Assembly: GCA_030430495.1 (NCBI GenBank)
Contig: JAUIKM010000017.1
Span: 8,121 to 72,120, forward strand
Direction: 5' to 3'
DNA: 64,000 nt
Source of the DNA: a bacterium
GTDB taxonomy: Bacteria; Bacteroidota; Ignavibacteria; Kapaibacteriales; UBA7675
Positions 9,755 through 18,652 of this stretch are shown here, one piece after another. The position numbers and the translations under genes are program-made. The notes beneath the pieces were generated by a model. That model saw only the letters and a list, made by a program, of their open reading frames with translations, did no database searches and was not told the DNA's origin. Position 1 is the first letter of the stretch. The number at the start of each line of letters is the position of its first letter.

Positions 9755-11533
9755 TTATGCCCCGGCGTCCGTCGTCGGCAGAGTGAACCAGATTTGAGTA
9801 TCGGAGTGATGCAGATGCACGCGCTGCGTTGAGCCCGCGCTGAGCTGCAATTCCCGCTCGAAGAAATAGAGGGCCTGGCCCCAGTGAACGTCGTCGCCGT
9901 CGGGGCCGCTGTTGAGTGTGAGGCCCTCGCCCAGGTCGAGCTCAAACCAGAACATGACGCCGTCGCAGGCGCCGCTTTCCAGCGGAGAAAATTCCAGATC
10001 GTGACGATGTCCGGCAGCCACGGCAGGCGAAGCGGGCGGCCGATAAAAATCGAGGGCCAGCGCTTCCACGACGGGGCTGAGCAGCCGGCAGGGCTCGCGG
10101 CGCGCGTCGATACCGACGTATTCCCAGGGAATGCGGAAGGCGTCAAAAGCCGAGAGATCAAAACCTTCGATCTGCGCAACGGGATTGACGAGGCGCAGTT
10201 TGGGGGCGCGAACAAGCGCGCAGTAAATCCGCGCCGCGGACGGAATCAGGCGCACATTCTCCGACGCAAGCTTGCCGGCGGCATGGCGCATGGTCGGCAG
10301 AATGCCTTCGCCCAGCAGCCCGGCATCGACGACTTCGGCCAGGATGACGTCGGCCGGACGCGGCAATTCGTGCCCGACGCGCAGACCGGTCGACTTGGCT
10401 TCGAACAACTGAATTTTATCGCTCATGGAATTGTCAGCCAGAACGCGGCGGGTGACGGGCGCAATCAGCGAGTTCATCTCGCAGGCGACGACGTCGCCGG
10501 CGCCGGCGCGCACGGCCATCATGGCGAGCAGCCCGCTGCCGCTGCCGATATCCAGCACCAGATCGTCCGGGCCGACGGCCTGCCGGATTGCGGCGTCAAA
10601 GCGACTGTTGCGCGCCGTATCGCTGAGCAGCTGCAGATGCCAGGCGGGGAAATTGCGGCGACGCGCGCGGCGCAGATTGCGGTCGGCCAGAAAATCGTCG
10701 GGATCGCGCGCCAGAATCTCCTCAAAAGCCGCAATCGACTCATCAACGCGATTCAGCATAAAAAGCGCATTGGCGCGGCGGCGCAGCGCGTCGCTGTTGG
10801 CGGGGTCGACCGCAACGGCCTGTTCATAACTTTCCAGCGCCGCCTGGTAGTCGCCGTTGTCCTCGTGCGCCGTGCCCAGGGAAACGTGCGCCAGCGACTC
10901 TTTCGGTTTGTCTTTCACGAGTGCGCTCAGCAGGTCGATCGCCGCGTTGACTTCGCCGTTCATACACAGAACATTGCCGATGTTGACGCGCGCGTGCACA
11001 TCGCCCGGATCGACGTTCAGCACTTCTTCGAACAGGGCGCGCGCTTCGTCCAGCCGCCCCTGCATGCGCCGCACATTGCCCAGGTTTACGAGCAGCGGCG
11101 CTTGCCTGGGCCGCAGTTTGCGCGCCGCCTCGTACTCCTGTGCCGCTTCATCAAGCCTTCCCTGCTGCGCCAGCACGTTGCCGAGGTTGAACAGATTGCC
11201 GAAATCGTCGGCTTTGATGTCGATCGCAGCGCGGTAGGCCCTGATCGACGCGTCGAACTCACTGCGTGCGTAGAGCACGTTGCCGAGCAGTCCGTGGGCA
11301 AAACCGTTGTGCGGATCCGCCTTGACGGCTCGCGCCAGCAGTTTGTGCGCCAGGTCCATGCTGCCGCGCTGATAGTGGATGGAACCGAGGTTTGCCAGGG
11401 TGTCGGCGTGTTTGGGGTTGGTCTGCAGCACGCGCTGATACGACTTGATCGCCGCATCAAATTTGCCCTGCAACTGACTGCGGAGAGCTTCCTGGAACAG
11501 CTGCTGCGCCCTGCCCGTGAGTATTTTGGCCAT
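9755..11533 (-). CDS. TPR-repeat protein fused to a PRMT-like (protein arginine N-methyltransferase) domain
   Basis: About 8 TPRs, then WHLQLLSDTARN, VLDIGSGSGLLAMMA (motif I), VACE, double-E loop EVVDAGLLGE, and VHWGQA (THW-loop equivalent). Confidence 0.85.
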   Translation of the reverse strand: MAKILTGRAQQLFQEALRSQLQGKFDAAIKSYQRVLQTNPKHADTLANLGSIHYQRGSMDLAHKLLARAVKADPHNGFAHGLLGNVLYARSEFDASIRAYRAAIDIKADDFGNLFNLGNVLAQQGRLDEAAQEYEAARKLRPRQAPLLVNLGNVRRMQGRLDEARALFEEVLNVDPGDVHARVNIGNVLCMNGEVNAAIDLLSALVKDKPKESLAHVSLGTAHEDNGDYQAALESYEQAVAVDPANSDALRRRANALFMLNRVDESIAAFEEILARDPDDFLADRNLRRARRRNFPAWHLQLLSDTARNSRFDAAIRQAVGPDDLVLDIGSGSGLLAMMAVRAGAGDVVACEMNSLIAPVTRRVLADNSMSDKIQLFEAKSTGLRVGHELPRPADVILAEVVDAGLLGEGILPTMRHAAGKLASENVRLIPSAARIYCALVRAPKLRLVNPVAQIEGFDLSAFDAFRIPWEYVGIDARREPCRLLSPVVEALALDFYRPPASPAVAAGHRHDLEFSPLESGACDGVMFWFELDLGEGLTLNSGPDGDDVHWGQALYFFERELQLSAGSTQRVHLHHSDTQIWFTLPTTDAGA

Positions 11534-11653
11534 GTGATTTTCCCGTGTTCATGAGCGATCCGCAGCGAAAATACGCAATGACGCCGTTTTCCCGTCCGTC
11601 GCCGTCAAAATCAGTCAAAAGCCGCGGCCTGGAGGGCGGCGTTCAAGATCGCG

Positions 11654-11685
11654 TTTGATGCTCCAGCGGCTGGGTGATATATTTG
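11654..11685 (+). promoter_or_regulatory. Bacteroidota-type housekeeping promoter (TTTG-20-TATATTTG)
   Basis: TTTG at 11654-11657 and TATATTTG at 11678-11685, upstream of the ATG at 11753; matches the -33/-7 consensus TTTG/TAnnTTTG. Confidence 0.55.
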
Positions 11686-11752
11686 TGTTGCGCCACGGCA
11701 GTCACCGCGGCGTTTTGCATTCCCGGATTTCCCCAACAGCCGACCGGAAGCA

Positions 11753-12478
11753 ATGACCAGATCCAGATTTGTCCTTACTGCCTGTTTCTTTTGTTTGTCA
11801 TGCAGCCTGATGTTCTCAGCCGCGCCGCGGGCGGCGGCGCAGGACAAACCCGAGCCGCCCGATTCGCTGATGGTGAAGACATTCAGCGTGCGCCACTATT
11901 CCGACTTTGACGACTGCGACCTGGAGATCAGGTATCCACAGATTGTGGACGAGGACGGCGACCCCTACGATGACACGATCGACTATCCGGCGCTGACGGC
12001 CATCAACACGGAAATCTGCCGCGCGCTGATGCTGGCGCCCGAGACCGTTCTGGAGCAGTGCGAACCATTGGCGGTCAAGCGCATCGACTATCGCGTCTAC
12101 TACAATCGCGACGGCTGGCTGAGCATGATTATCGAAACGCGCGTGGTCGACAGTTTTGCCGGCGACGAGGAACTGGACGCGATGATCTTCCAGGAGGCTT
12201 TCCACTTTAACTTTCTGACCGGCAAACGCCTGCTCTTGTCCAACATGATGCAGGGCAACTACGTCGAGGCGCTGCAGGTTTTCCTGCAACGCGCTCTGGT
12301 GGCGCGCGGTTATGAAGACGCCACGCCCTACGTGGAAGACGACACGGCATTTTACCGCGACGGCGACAACCTGGTGTTCATCATTGACATCGAAACGCCG
12401 CCGGAACACGTCGCAATTCCGTTCAAAGCCGTCAAGGAGTTTCTGACGGACGACGTGCCGCTGCGCCACGACGACTGA
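11753..12478 (+). CDS. Secreted PdaC/RsiV-like (DUF4163/DUF3298) protein
   Basis: Signal peptide; LEIRYPQI, YRVYYNRDGWLSM, FNFLTGKRLLLSNM, AFYRDGDNLVF and VAIPF resemble this family. Confidence 0.6.
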   Translation: MTRSRFVLTACFFCLSCSLMFSAAPRAAAQDKPEPPDSLMVKTFSVRHYSDFDDCDLEIRYPQIVDEDGDPYDDTIDYPALTAINTEICRALMLAPETVLEQCEPLAVKRIDYRVYYNRDGWLSMIIETRVVDSFAGDEELDAMIFQEAFHFNFLTGKRLLLSNMMQGNYVEALQVFLQRALVARGYEDATPYVEDDTAFYRDGDNLVFIIDIETPPEHVAIPFKAVKEFLTDDVPLRHDD

Positions 12479-12621
12479 GAAATTGCCACTGCCCGGCGCG
12501 CAGACGCCGCGTTTGTGAAAAAACAAGTTTAACGGTTCCGCTGCGGGACCAAACAACGCGCAGGTTAAACGGGCCTTAAACAGATGGTCCGGCGCAAATT
12601 ATCAGCTAACGGTGTACAACG

Positions 12622-14055
12622 ATGGCCAAGAATCAGTCGGCTCTGGATGTGATCGTCTCCCTGGCAAAACGCCGCGGATTTGTTTTTCAATCGTCGGAAG
12701 TGTACGGCGGCCTGAACGGCTGCTGGGATTTTGGTCCGCTCGGCGTCGAACTCCTGCGCAACTACAAGGACGCCTGGTGGCGCGCCATGACGCTGCGCGA
12801 CGACGTCGTCGGCCTGGACGCGGCCATCCTGATGCACCCGCGCACCTGGGAAGCCAGCGGTCACACGGACAGCTTCAGCGACCCGATGATCGACAGTAAA
12901 ACAAGTAAAAAACGCCACCGCGCAGACACGCTGATTGAGGAGTTTATCCAGCGCCTGCGCAAAAAGAAAAAGACCGAGCGCGCCGACGCAATCGAAGCGC
13001 GCCTGGAGCAGGCCCGCGAAGCGGAGGACTTTTACAACATCATCGCAGAAGAGGAAATCCCCGACCCGGACACGGGAACCTGCGACTGGACGGAAGTGCG
13101 CAACTTCAACCTGATGTTTAAAACCTTTGTCGGCCCGCTGGAAGACGAAAGCAGCGCGGTCTATCTGCGACCCGAAACCGCCCAGGGCATTTTTGTCAAC
13201 TTCAAAAATGTGCTGGATTCCTCGCGACAGAAAATCCCCTTCGGCATTGCGCAGATCGGCAAGTCCTTCCGCAATGAAATCAATACCAAATATTTCCTGT
13301 TCCGCACGCGCGAGTTCGAACAGATGGAAATGCAGTATTTCGTCAAACCGGGCGAGGAGATGGAATGGTACGAGCGCTGGCGCGAAGAGCGCTGGAACTT
13401 CTACCTGAACCTGGGCTTCAACGAAGACAGCCTGCGCCGCAAGGAACACGCCAAGCTGGCGCACTACGCCAACGCCGCGGAAGACATTGAATTCCACTTC
13501 CCCTTCGGCTGGGGCGAGATTGAGGGGATTCACTCGCGCACGGACTTCGACCTGCAACGCCATCAGGAATTCTCCGGCAAAAAGATGGAGTTTGTCGACA
13601 CGGTGACGCGCGATCGTTTTGTGCCCTACGTGGTGGAAACGGCGGCGGGCTGCACGCGCGGCTTCATGGCAGTGTTGTGCCAGGCGTACAACGTAGAATC
13701 TGTTGAAGGCGACAACGGCAAGAGCGAAGAGCGCACGGTACTGAAGTTTCACCCAAAACTCGCGCCGATCAAAGCGGCGGTTTTCCCGCTGGTTAAACGC
13801 GACGGCATGCCCGAGTTCGCGCACAAACTGTACAAGGACCTGCAGCGCAGTTTCACGGTGCAGTACGACGAATCGGGCGCGGTGGGACGCCGCTACCGCC
13901 GTCAGGACGAAATCGGCACTCCCTACTGTTTTACTGTGGACACGGATTCCTTAAGCGACGGCACGGTGACGGCACGAGACCGCGACACGATGGAGCAGGT
14001 GCGCATTCCGGCAGACGGCGCGTTAAACTGGCTGCGCGACAAACTGGACGCTTAA
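12622..14055 (+). CDS. glyQS: Glycine--tRNA ligase, alpha2 (homodimeric) type
   Basis: KRRGFVFQSSEVYGG, YLRPETAQGIF, IAQIGKSFRNEI, FRTREFEQME and GRRYRRQDEIGTP motifs. Confidence 0.97.
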   Translation: MAKNQSALDVIVSLAKRRGFVFQSSEVYGGLNGCWDFGPLGVELLRNYKDAWWRAMTLRDDVVGLDAAILMHPRTWEASGHTDSFSDPMIDSKTSKKRHRADTLIEEFIQRLRKKKKTERADAIEARLEQAREAEDFYNIIAEEEIPDPDTGTCDWTEVRNFNLMFKTFVGPLEDESSAVYLRPETAQGIFVNFKNVLDSSRQKIPFGIAQIGKSFRNEINTKYFLFRTREFEQMEMQYFVKPGEEMEWYERWREERWNFYLNLGFNEDSLRRKEHAKLAHYANAAEDIEFHFPFGWGEIEGIHSRTDFDLQRHQEFSGKKMEFVDTVTRDRFVPYVVETAAGCTRGFMAVLCQAYNVESVEGDNGKSEERTVLKFHPKLAPIKAAVFPLVKRDGMPEFAHKLYKDLQRSFTVQYDESGAVGRRYRRQDEIGTPYCFTVDTDSLSDGTVTARDRDTMEQVRIPADGALNWLRDKLDA

Positions 14056-14083
14056 ACAGCGTTTGCAGAACACTCGACACTTT

Positions 14084-14124
14084 AAACTCCGGACGACTCG
14101 CCGCAGTCGTTCGGAGTTTTTTTT
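14084..14124 (+). terminator. Intrinsic terminator after glyQS
   Basis: AAACTCCGGACGACT-cgccgc-AGTCGTTCGGAGTTT followed by a T run. Confidence 0.8.
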
Positions 14125-14194
14125 GTTTGAGACTGGATTTGAGCACGGCGTTTAACAACGTGAAACGGACTCTGGACGCGGGGCTTTGTACTCG

Positions 14195-14258
14195 ACGACA
14201 AACAAAACCCTCATGAGAGCCTGATGCCGATGCGAAGCGAGGCAGCAAAGCGATCAGG
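14195..14258. repeat. Degenerate copy of dispersed intergenic repeat
   Basis: GACAAACAAAA...AGCC...GAAGCGAGGC...AAAGCGATCAGG, colinear with 8656-8718. Confidence 0.45.
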
Positions 14259-14525
14259 GAACACACCGTCCGACTCCCGCAACATGCACCGCTAAAACTC
14301 TCGCCGCAAACGAAAAAAACTGAACGTGACGAATTCCGCGCCGAACGCTTATTGTTTCGCGGTCAGCGGGAATTGTACGCGGCAAATTGCATTCGCTACG
14401 GGCCGTACATACGCGAAACCGAATGCCCCCCGACCGTGTTGAACGCAGACGACACAATGCACGAACGGCATTGTCGTTGTCTTCAAAGAGCCAGATTCGC
14501 AGCATATTTCCCTTCGGAGCCAAGC

Positions 14526-16280
14526 GTGACGAAACATCGCACTACCGCCGGCATACATCGCAAGTTTTTCCGGATTTTCCTCTTCGCAATGATTGCGTCC
14601 GCCGCCGCCGGCACGTCCGCCCGCGCCGACGACAGCAGCGACTCCCTGTACTACGAAGTCAACAAATCGCTGATGGTCTTCGGCGACCTGTTTCGCCAGG
14701 TCAACAGCAACTACGTCGACGACGTGAAGCCGGATGAGATGCTGCGCCGCGGCCTCGACGGCATGCTCGAATATCTGGATCCCTACACGACCTATATCTC
14801 CAATGATGAGAGCGACCAGGTCGACATGCTCACCAAGGGTTTCTACGGCGGCCTGGGCGTCACGATCGCCGAGATTAACGGCGAGACCACCGTGGTCGAC
14901 GTGGCCGAAGGTTATGCGGCCGACAACGCCGGCATCCGCATCGGCGATAAGATCTACATGATAGACTCCGTCGTCGTCCTGAACAGCGACCACAAGGAGC
15001 TGCGCCAGTACACACGCGGTAAGGCGGGCAGCGAACTGACGGCGCACATTATTCGCGAGGGCCTGGGCGATACGCTGGCGCTCAACCTTAAACGCGAGAA
15101 AATTCAGATGCGCACCGTGTCGTATGCCGGTTTCCTCGGCGGCGCGACGGGCGACGGCGTTGCAGGCGAAATTGACGAAGGCAACATCGGTTATATCAAA
15201 CTCGACCGCTTTGCGCGCGGCGCCAACGCCCAGTTCCGCCAGGCGCTGGATAACCTGAAGCGGCGCAAGGCGATGAAAGGACTGATCGTCGACCTGCGCG
15301 GCAACCCCGGCGGACTGCTCGATGCGGCCGTGTCCATCAGTGAAATTTTTGTGCCGACCGGCAGTCAGATCGTCGCGACGCGCGGTCGTTCGCCGCTGGC
15401 GGGCAAAGAATACGTCGCGCGCGGGATTCCAAAGGAACCCGAACTGCCGCTCGTGATTCTCATCGACAAAGGCAGCGCCAGCGCCAGCGAAATATTCGCA
15501 GCGGCCATTCAGGACCTGGACCGCGGCGTCCTCGTCGGCGAACGCTCCTTCGGCAAGGGCCTCGTCCAGACAATCTCCTCGCTGCCTTTTGAAGCCACCC
15601 TCAAGATGACCACGGCGCGCTATTACACGCCTTCCGGCCGATGCATCCAGCGCATCAAATACGAAGAGCAACGCACGCATCACAACGATCAGGCCGAACT
15701 CGCCGCCGAACCGCACGATTCGACAATTTTCTACACACAGGGCGGCCGCCCCGTGTACGAATCCAACGGCATCCGCCCCGACGTGCACGTCTCGTCCGAA
15801 CCCGCGTCCGAGTACGTGCGCGACCTGAAGGACGGGCACATGCTGTTCCGCTTCGGAACGCGCTACAGCGCACGCATGCGCGAGCTGCCGCAGGACTTTC
15901 ACGCCGACAGCACGGCGCTCAAACAGTTTGCGGCATTTCTGGAAGAAGAACATTTTGTCCACGATCAGGACATTCTTTCGGCAATCGAAGTGCTCGAAGA
16001 GAAGTTCGCGGCCGATGAAGATTTCAGCGGTTTTTCGCCGCGCATGCAGATGTTGCGCGACGACCTGGCAAAACTGCGGACGTCCATGATTGAACGCCAC
16101 GCCGACGAGGTTCTGGCAGAGCTGGATCGCGAAATTTCAGCGCGTTTCCTGACGCGGGCCGAACGCATCGCGGCCGGACTCGGCGACGATCCGCAGGTGC
16201 AAACCGCCGTGCAAATTCTGAACGACCAGGAGCGCTACGGCAAAATCCTGGACCTGACTGTAGCCGATGGAGAGCGCTGA
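14526..16280 (+). CDS. C-terminal processing peptidase, S41 family (CtpA-like)
   Basis: Signal peptide from GTG 14526; LDPYT, PDZ domain, IVDLRGNPGGLL, SASASEI, GERSFGKGLVQ, TTARYYTPSGRCIQ. Confidence 0.93.
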   Translation: MTKHRTTAGIHRKFFRIFLFAMIASAAAGTSARADDSSDSLYYEVNKSLMVFGDLFRQVNSNYVDDVKPDEMLRRGLDGMLEYLDPYTTYISNDESDQVDMLTKGFYGGLGVTIAEINGETTVVDVAEGYAADNAGIRIGDKIYMIDSVVVLNSDHKELRQYTRGKAGSELTAHIIREGLGDTLALNLKREKIQMRTVSYAGFLGGATGDGVAGEIDEGNIGYIKLDRFARGANAQFRQALDNLKRRKAMKGLIVDLRGNPGGLLDAAVSISEIFVPTGSQIVATRGRSPLAGKEYVARGIPKEPELPLVILIDKGSASASEIFAAAIQDLDRGVLVGERSFGKGLVQTISSLPFEATLKMTTARYYTPSGRCIQRIKYEEQRTHHNDQAELAAEPHDSTIFYTQGGRPVYESNGIRPDVHVSSEPASEYVRDLKDGHMLFRFGTRYSARMRELPQDFHADSTALKQFAAFLEEEHFVHDQDILSAIEVLEEKFAADEDFSGFSPRMQMLRDDLAKLRTSMIERHADEVLAELDREISARFLTRAERIAAGLGDDPQVQTAVQILNDQERYGKILDLTVADGER

Positions 16281-16286
16281 ACAGTC

Positions 16287-17660
16287 ATGCAGTTCGAACT
16301 GATGATGCTCGGCGGCGTTGAAGAAATCGGCGCCAATTCCTGTTTTATGAGTTTTGACGGCGTCGGCATCATCGTCGACGCGGGCCTGCACCCCAAGCGA
16401 CGCGACGCACTTGCTCTCCCCGACTTCAGCGCCATTCAGGACCGCAGTGCGGCCGCCATTCTGATCACACATGCCCACACGGATCACCTTGGCGCGCTCC
16501 CCTTTGCCATGCATCACCAGCCGCAGATGGCTGTTTTCATGACGCGGGCCACGCGCGATCTCAGTGAAATTATGCTGCGCAATTCCTCCCGCCTGCTCCG
16601 GACGGAAGTAGCCGAAGAATTTCCGCGCGAAGCGCTGGCGCAATACAGGCCGGAAATTGTGCGCAACCTCAGCGTGCTGATCCAGGGCATGCGCCTCGAC
16701 GAAGAATTTACCATTGCGGGAGCGCACGGCGGAGGACACGATATCCGCGTGCGGTTCTGCCACGCGGGCCACATTCTCGGCGCTGCGGGTGTGCTGTTCG
16801 ACGTCGGCGGACGCCGCATTCTGCACTCCGGCGACGTGCACTTCGGTTCGCAGGAGCTGATCGCCGCCGCGGAGCTGCCGCGCGAACACGTCGACGTACT
16901 GGTGCTCGAATCGACCAACGGCGCACAGCTGGAGCCGGCCGCGCCCGAGGTGGAAACGCGCAGGCTGGCCGAGCTGATCAACCGCGCCTCCAATGCCGGC
17001 GGCTCCGTCCTGATTCCGGCTTTTGCACTCGGCAAAACGCAGGAAATGCTCAAGCGCCTGCACAAAATGATGAACGCGGGCATGATCCCGCGCCTGCCGA
17101 TGTACTCCGGCGGCCTCAGCGCCAAAATCAACATCGTCTACGACCGCTACTGCTACACCGTCCCGCGCGTCGACCCCGGTTTTGAGATGACGGACATCGC
17201 CCACGCGCCGATCGACTACAAAACTCTGATGAGCGGTCCGTACTTCAAACATCCGTCCATCGTCCTGGCCACCAGCGGCATGCTCAACGCCGGCACGACG
17301 GCATTTAAACTGGCGCATGCCTGGATGCAACGCCCCAACTTCGCCATCGCATTTGCAGGCTATCTGGACGAGGACTCGCCCGGCTACGCCCTGGCGCATT
17401 CAGCGCGCAACGAGGAATTTCTGCTGGCGGGCCGCAAGGTCAAACGCGTCTGCGAGGTCGGCCGGTTCCGCTTTTCGGCGCATGCCATGCGCGCCGATCT
17501 GATCGACTACGTTTGGGATGTTCGCCCCAATCACCTCTTTCTGGTCCACGGCGATTCCGAGGCCTGCGAATCACTCGGGGCGGCTGTTAAGTCGCGCCTG
17601 CCGCAGTGCCGCATCAGAATTCCGCGCCGTTCTCATCCATATGTAATTGATCTTTCGTAA
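16287..17660 (+). CDS. MBL-fold beta-CASP ribonuclease (YSH1/CPSF-like)
   Basis: THAHTDHLG, AGHILG, SGD, LESTNG, PAFALGKTQE, FSAHA and LVHGD motifs. Confidence 0.9.
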   Translation: MQFELMMLGGVEEIGANSCFMSFDGVGIIVDAGLHPKRRDALALPDFSAIQDRSAAAILITHAHTDHLGALPFAMHHQPQMAVFMTRATRDLSEIMLRNSSRLLRTEVAEEFPREALAQYRPEIVRNLSVLIQGMRLDEEFTIAGAHGGGHDIRVRFCHAGHILGAAGVLFDVGGRRILHSGDVHFGSQELIAAAELPREHVDVLVLESTNGAQLEPAAPEVETRRLAELINRASNAGGSVLIPAFALGKTQEMLKRLHKMMNAGMIPRLPMYSGGLSAKINIVYDRYCYTVPRVDPGFEMTDIAHAPIDYKTLMSGPYFKHPSIVLATSGMLNAGTTAFKLAHAWMQRPNFAIAFAGYLDEDSPGYALAHSARNEEFLLAGRKVKRVCEVGRFRFSAHAMRADLIDYVWDVRPNHLFLVHGDSEACESLGAAVKSRLPQCRIRIPRRSHPYVIDLS

Positions 17661-17701
17661 GTTTCGAGTTTGTTTGGGGCTGTTAACATCCGGATGACAA
17701 C

Positions 17702-18442
17702 ATGAGCGACGCACTGGAATACCGCAATTCGCTGTATGCCGACTACGCCAATTCCTGGGGTAAATTCACTTCGCTGGACGACGTGTACGAATGGCTCGAC
17801 CGCACGTCCCGGGGGCTGGAGCACGAATTCCTGCCCATGCTTCCGGCCGATAAAAACTGCAGTATTCTCGATGTGGGCTGCGGCTGCGGACCGCTCCTGT
17901 ACATGCTTAAACAACAGGAATACGGCAACGCGCGCGGCATCGACGTCAGCCCGAGCCAGGTGGAAACGGCGCACAAAGCCGGCCTGCACAACGTCAAACA
18001 AGCCGACGCAATTGACTTCCTGCAGAACAGCGACCACCGCTACGACGTGATTTTCGCCATCGACCTGATTGAGCACTTAAACAAAACCGAGTTCATCTCG
18101 CTGATGCAGTCCATGCGCGGCGCGCTGCGCCCCGGCGGTGAGATTATCATGCGCACGCCCAATGTGGACGCGCCATTTGGAACCGTGTATTCCTACGGCG
18201 ATTTTTCACACGAAATGCACTTGAACAAACTCTCGACGCACGAAATTCTCAGCGCCCTTCAATTCCGCGAGGTCCGGGTAATTCCTTCGGAGCCGCGCGC
18301 GCACACAACCGCACGCGAATTACTTCGAAAGGGCATCTGGGCCTTTATGCGGCCGGTGTTTGCCGCTCTGTTATTTTCCCGCGGTCTGCGTCAGGGCGAC
18401 GTGGTTTTAACACCCAACATGGTTATTCGCGCTCGCCGTTGA
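17702..18442 (+). CDS. Class I SAM-dependent methyltransferase
   Basis: ILDVGCGCG, GIDVS, YDVIFAIDLIEHL and LRPGG motifs. Confidence 0.9.
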   Translation: MSDALEYRNSLYADYANSWGKFTSLDDVYEWLDRTSRGLEHEFLPMLPADKNCSILDVGCGCGPLLYMLKQQEYGNARGIDVSPSQVETAHKAGLHNVKQADAIDFLQNSDHRYDVIFAIDLIEHLNKTEFISLMQSMRGALRPGGEIIMRTPNVDAPFGTVYSYGDFSHEMHLNKLSTHEILSALQFREVRVIPSEPRAHTTARELLRKGIWAFMRPVFAALLFSRGLRQGDVVLTPNMVIRARR

Positions 18443-18500
18443 ACATTGACAACACATCGACGCAACACTTAAACATGCGACTTTGCTCAGAGACTGAACA

Positions 18501-18573
18501 CTGAGCGCTTCGCCCTGCGTTGCATGGCTTGCTTTTTTCTTTTGCTTGTCACGCAGCTGGATGTTAAAAGCCC
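18501..18573. repeat. Full copy of dispersed repeat (T-rich orientation, alternative short hairpin)
   Basis: CTGAGCGCTTCGCC-ctgcgttgcat-GGCTTGCTTTTTTCTTTTGCTTGTCACGCAG; flanks as in 52118-52179 but a different inner hairpin. Confidence 0.8.
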
Positions 18574-18652
18574 TGCAGACGGTCGACAGATTTCAAGGTG
18601 CGGTGCATAAAACGCAGATACAGGATTTTAATCTCTGGTGTTTGCGGTGCGA

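Noticed and set aside
9884..11554. 556-aa ORF antisense to the TPR-PRMT gene, and similar long antisense ORFs (12565-13824, 14349-16100, 30160-31752, 54860-57589)
   Set aside because: Shadow ORFs typical of high-GC coding DNA; no recognisable motifs, and each overlaps a clearly identified gene.
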